A stretch of 64,000 nt of DNA from Spirochaetia bacterium (lineage in GTDB: Bacteria > Spirochaetota > UBA4802 > UBA5550), in NCBI GenBank assembly GCA_009885955.1, contig VFJS01000061.1, forward strand, positions 30,228 through 94,227. Direction: 5' to 3'. The notes beneath the pieces are model-generated. The model ran no database searches and was not told the DNA's origin. It saw only the letters and a list, made by a program, of their open reading frames with translations. Positions 62,166-64,000 of the stretch are shown piece by piece. Positions within the stretch are counted from its first letter, which is position 1. Every line of letters begins with the position of its first letter. The position numbers and the translations under genes were made by a program.

Positions 62166-62397
62166 TCACACATAAAAGATAAGATATAAACCGCCTGTAA
62201 TTACCAGCATTCCACAAACCTTTTTCAGTATCACCGTGCCTTTTGACTACTCATTCCAGTTAAAATAGCTCTGCACAGCTTCTGTGAAGGTTCCGGCCAA
62301 TATGATAACGGAGCAGTGGCCTGAGGCATAGGCCGGGATTAATGATGCCTCCAGTAATGATAAAAGCCGGAATAACGAATTGGATTAATTTTTTCAT
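62166..62397 (-). pseudogene. Remnant of a CcdA/DsbD-like membrane protein (C-terminus), joined out of frame to an unrelated N-terminus
   Basis: MKKLIQFVIPAFII start in one frame; a second frame reads PAYASGHCSVIILAGTFTEAVQSYFNWNE*SKGTVILKKVCGMLVITGGLYLIFYV with an internal TAG. Confidence 0.55.
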
Positions 62398-62417
62398 TTT
62401 ATTTTCATCTTTAATAT

Positions 62418-62579
62418 TTATTTGTCAAGGTGATTTTTCATCCCCTTGATGGACGAAGATGATATACTCCCGAGGAGTTCTTTCACCAATGCCAGCGCGT
62501 CGTCCCTGTCACTGTCAAGGACTATCCGCTTCATACGGATTACATCATTATAATTGAATGTTACATTTTTTGTTTCCAT
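62418..62579 (-). CDS. Small hypothetical protein (53 aa, below the ORF-track cutoff)
   Basis: METKNVTFNYNDVIRMKRIVLDSDRDDALALVKELL...HLDK; GAGG upstream; co-oriented in the ars cluster. Confidence 0.55.
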   Translation of the reverse strand: METKNVTFNYNDVIRMKRIVLDSDRDDALALVKELLGSISSSSIKGMKNHLDK

Positions 62580-62669
62580 ACAACCGGCCTCGCGAAATTA
62601 TTTATGAAATACATCTTTTTGATGAGGCCGGTCACTGGCCTAAAATCCCGTTGCACCATGGCGCCCATT

Positions 62670-63677
62670 TCAATATATAAGATTAAACAGATACCCCACC
62701 AGCATTATCCCTGTTGCCACAATGCCGACAAATATAAATATCAGCGGGAGCTTCAGCACTTTCTTCAATATGATCATCTCGGGAAGGGAAAGGCCGATGA
62801 CCGACATCATGAAGGCAAGGGTTGTACCCAGTGATGCCCCCTTTTCCAGAAGCGCCTGCACGATGGGAATTATCCCCGCGGCATTTGAATACATGGGGAC
62901 CCCGATAAGCACCGCTGCCGGGATGGACCACCATGCCGATTTCCCCATAAGCGAGGCCATGAAATTTTCCGGCACATAACCGTGGATGCCGGCTCCAACG
63001 CCGATCCCGATGACGATATATATCCAGACCCTGGAAACTATTTCTCTTACCGCCGCATACCCGGCATTGATCCTGTCTGCCGGGTTAAGCCGTAGTTCCT
63101 CAAGTTTCATGTCTCCGGCTTTTATCTCATATACCCACTCCTCTACATAGCGTGTCAGGTTGAGTTTCCCGATAATCCAGCCCGAGGCTATAGCTATGAA
63201 AAGTCCTGTGCCGGCATAGAGCAGGGCCGTCTTCCATCCGAAAAGGCCGAAGAGAAGCACCAGTGCTACTTCGTTAATCATGGGTGCTGCAATAAGAAAG
63301 GAGAAGGTAACTCCTAAAGGGATACCGCTCTCCATGAAGCCGAGGAATAGCGGAATGGCTGAGCATGAGCAGAAGGGGGTAACAATCCCCAGAGCGCTGG
63401 CCATGATATTCCCGACAAAAAGGGGTTTCCCTTCAAGGGCTTTCCTTGTTTTTTCCGGCGAAAAGAATGAGCGGAGGATGCCCACGAAGAAGACGATGAA
63501 TGTGAGGAGCATGAGCACTTTGGGAACTTCAAACATAAAAAAACGAAGGGCTTCGGTGAGACTGGAGCTCCGTTCCATGCCCATAATTGAATAGACGATA
63601 TAGTTTACCCCTCTCTCAAGGTTAAAGTAGAGCGCTGCTCCGGCAGGCAGGAGTAATAGCGGAATGAAAGCCCTCAT
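62670..63677 (-). CDS. ArsP/DUF318-family permease
   Basis: TPFCSCSAIPLF.G, P.GVTFSFLI..P.INE, GVPMYSNAAG, IGLSLPEMI.L; start placed at the ATGA overlap. Confidence 0.9.
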   Translation of the reverse strand: MRAFIPLLLLPAGAALYFNLERGVNYIVYSIMGMERSSSLTEALRFFMFEVPKVLMLLTFIVFFVGILRSFFSPEKTRKALEGKPLFVGNIMASALGIVTPFCSCSAIPLFLGFMESGIPLGVTFSFLIAAPMINEVALVLLFGLFGWKTALLYAGTGLFIAIASGWIIGKLNLTRYVEEWVYEIKAGDMKLEELRLNPADRINAGYAAVREIVSRVWIYIVIGIGVGAGIHGYVPENFMASLMGKSAWWSIPAAVLIGVPMYSNAAGIIPIVQALLEKGASLGTTLAFMMSVIGLSLPEMIILKKVLKLPLIFIFVGIVATGIMLVGYLFNLIY

Positions 63678-63910
63678 ATGGTGCTTATCCATTTTTTTAT
63701 TTCATCCTTTGATGGAATTTTTCCCGCAATCCTGACCACTCCATCAACCACAAGGGCCGGAGTAGCCATGACTCCGTATGCCATAATCTCTTTGATGTCC
63801 CGGACTTTTGTCACTTCAGCGTCTATACACAACTCCTTCACCACTTCCTTAGTGATTTCCTCAAGTTTACTGCATTTAGCGCACCCGGTACCCAGTATTT
63901 CAAGTCTCAT
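63674..63910 (-). CDS. Small redox-active disulfide protein (MTH895-type thioredoxin)
   Basis: ILGTGCAKC...YGVMATPALVVDG. Confidence 0.92.
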   Translation of the reverse strand: MRLEILGTGCAKCSKLEEITKEVVKELCIDAEVTKVRDIKEIMAYGVMATPALVVDGVVRIAGKIPSKDEIKKWISTI

Positions 63911-64000
63911 GTTATTGTCCCTTTATAATTATTATGATGATAAATTGACCAAATTGCCATGAATGAAAAAAAAAATTTATTTATTTCTGCAAGTCATGAT

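Noticed and set aside
62166-62350. Pyrrolysine or amber recoding of the in-frame TAG
   Set aside because: The fragment also lacks its N-terminus and start, all intact genes read with the standard code, and no pyl genes are seen; decay is simpler.

Overview
Bacterial chromosomal window, almost entirely on the minus strand. The host is probably an anaerobic Spirochaetota related to Leptospirales; this is inferred from spirochaete-type lipoboxes, the rplU-prp-rpmA-obg-proB and proA-nadD-LCP-rsfS gene orders, and a GAF-GGDEF gene next to hisBHA. Housekeeping content: rpmB, etfBA, proS, proB, obg, rpmA, prp, rplU, a CAT-anticodon tRNA, hisBHA, eno-ftsB-DUF501, rsfS, nadD, proA. Accessory blocks: (1) a five-gene MoxR / HExxH-vWA / adenylate-ligase operon; (2) an SPFH-DUF4178-DUF350-SpeE operon; (3) an AT-rich islet with an ABC-ATPase + DUF4276 pair and a decayed nucleotidyltransferase gene; (4) hicAB; (5) a RAYT (Y1 HUH) gene flanked by clustered 11-bp TGCTCWGAGCA palindromes, which recur on both sides of the arsR-acr3-reductase block; (6) a CsgG-like + Fn3/NHL lipoprotein pair behind two microsatellites; (7) an arsenic-resistance cluster that ends in a soluble bacterial homolog of the corrinoid protein MtrA. 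Best candidates for undescribed biology: the MtrA-like protein in the ars cluster, the RAYT/short-palindrome system, and the MoxR-vWA-ligase operon. All family assignments come from motif recognition by eye; no database searches were run.
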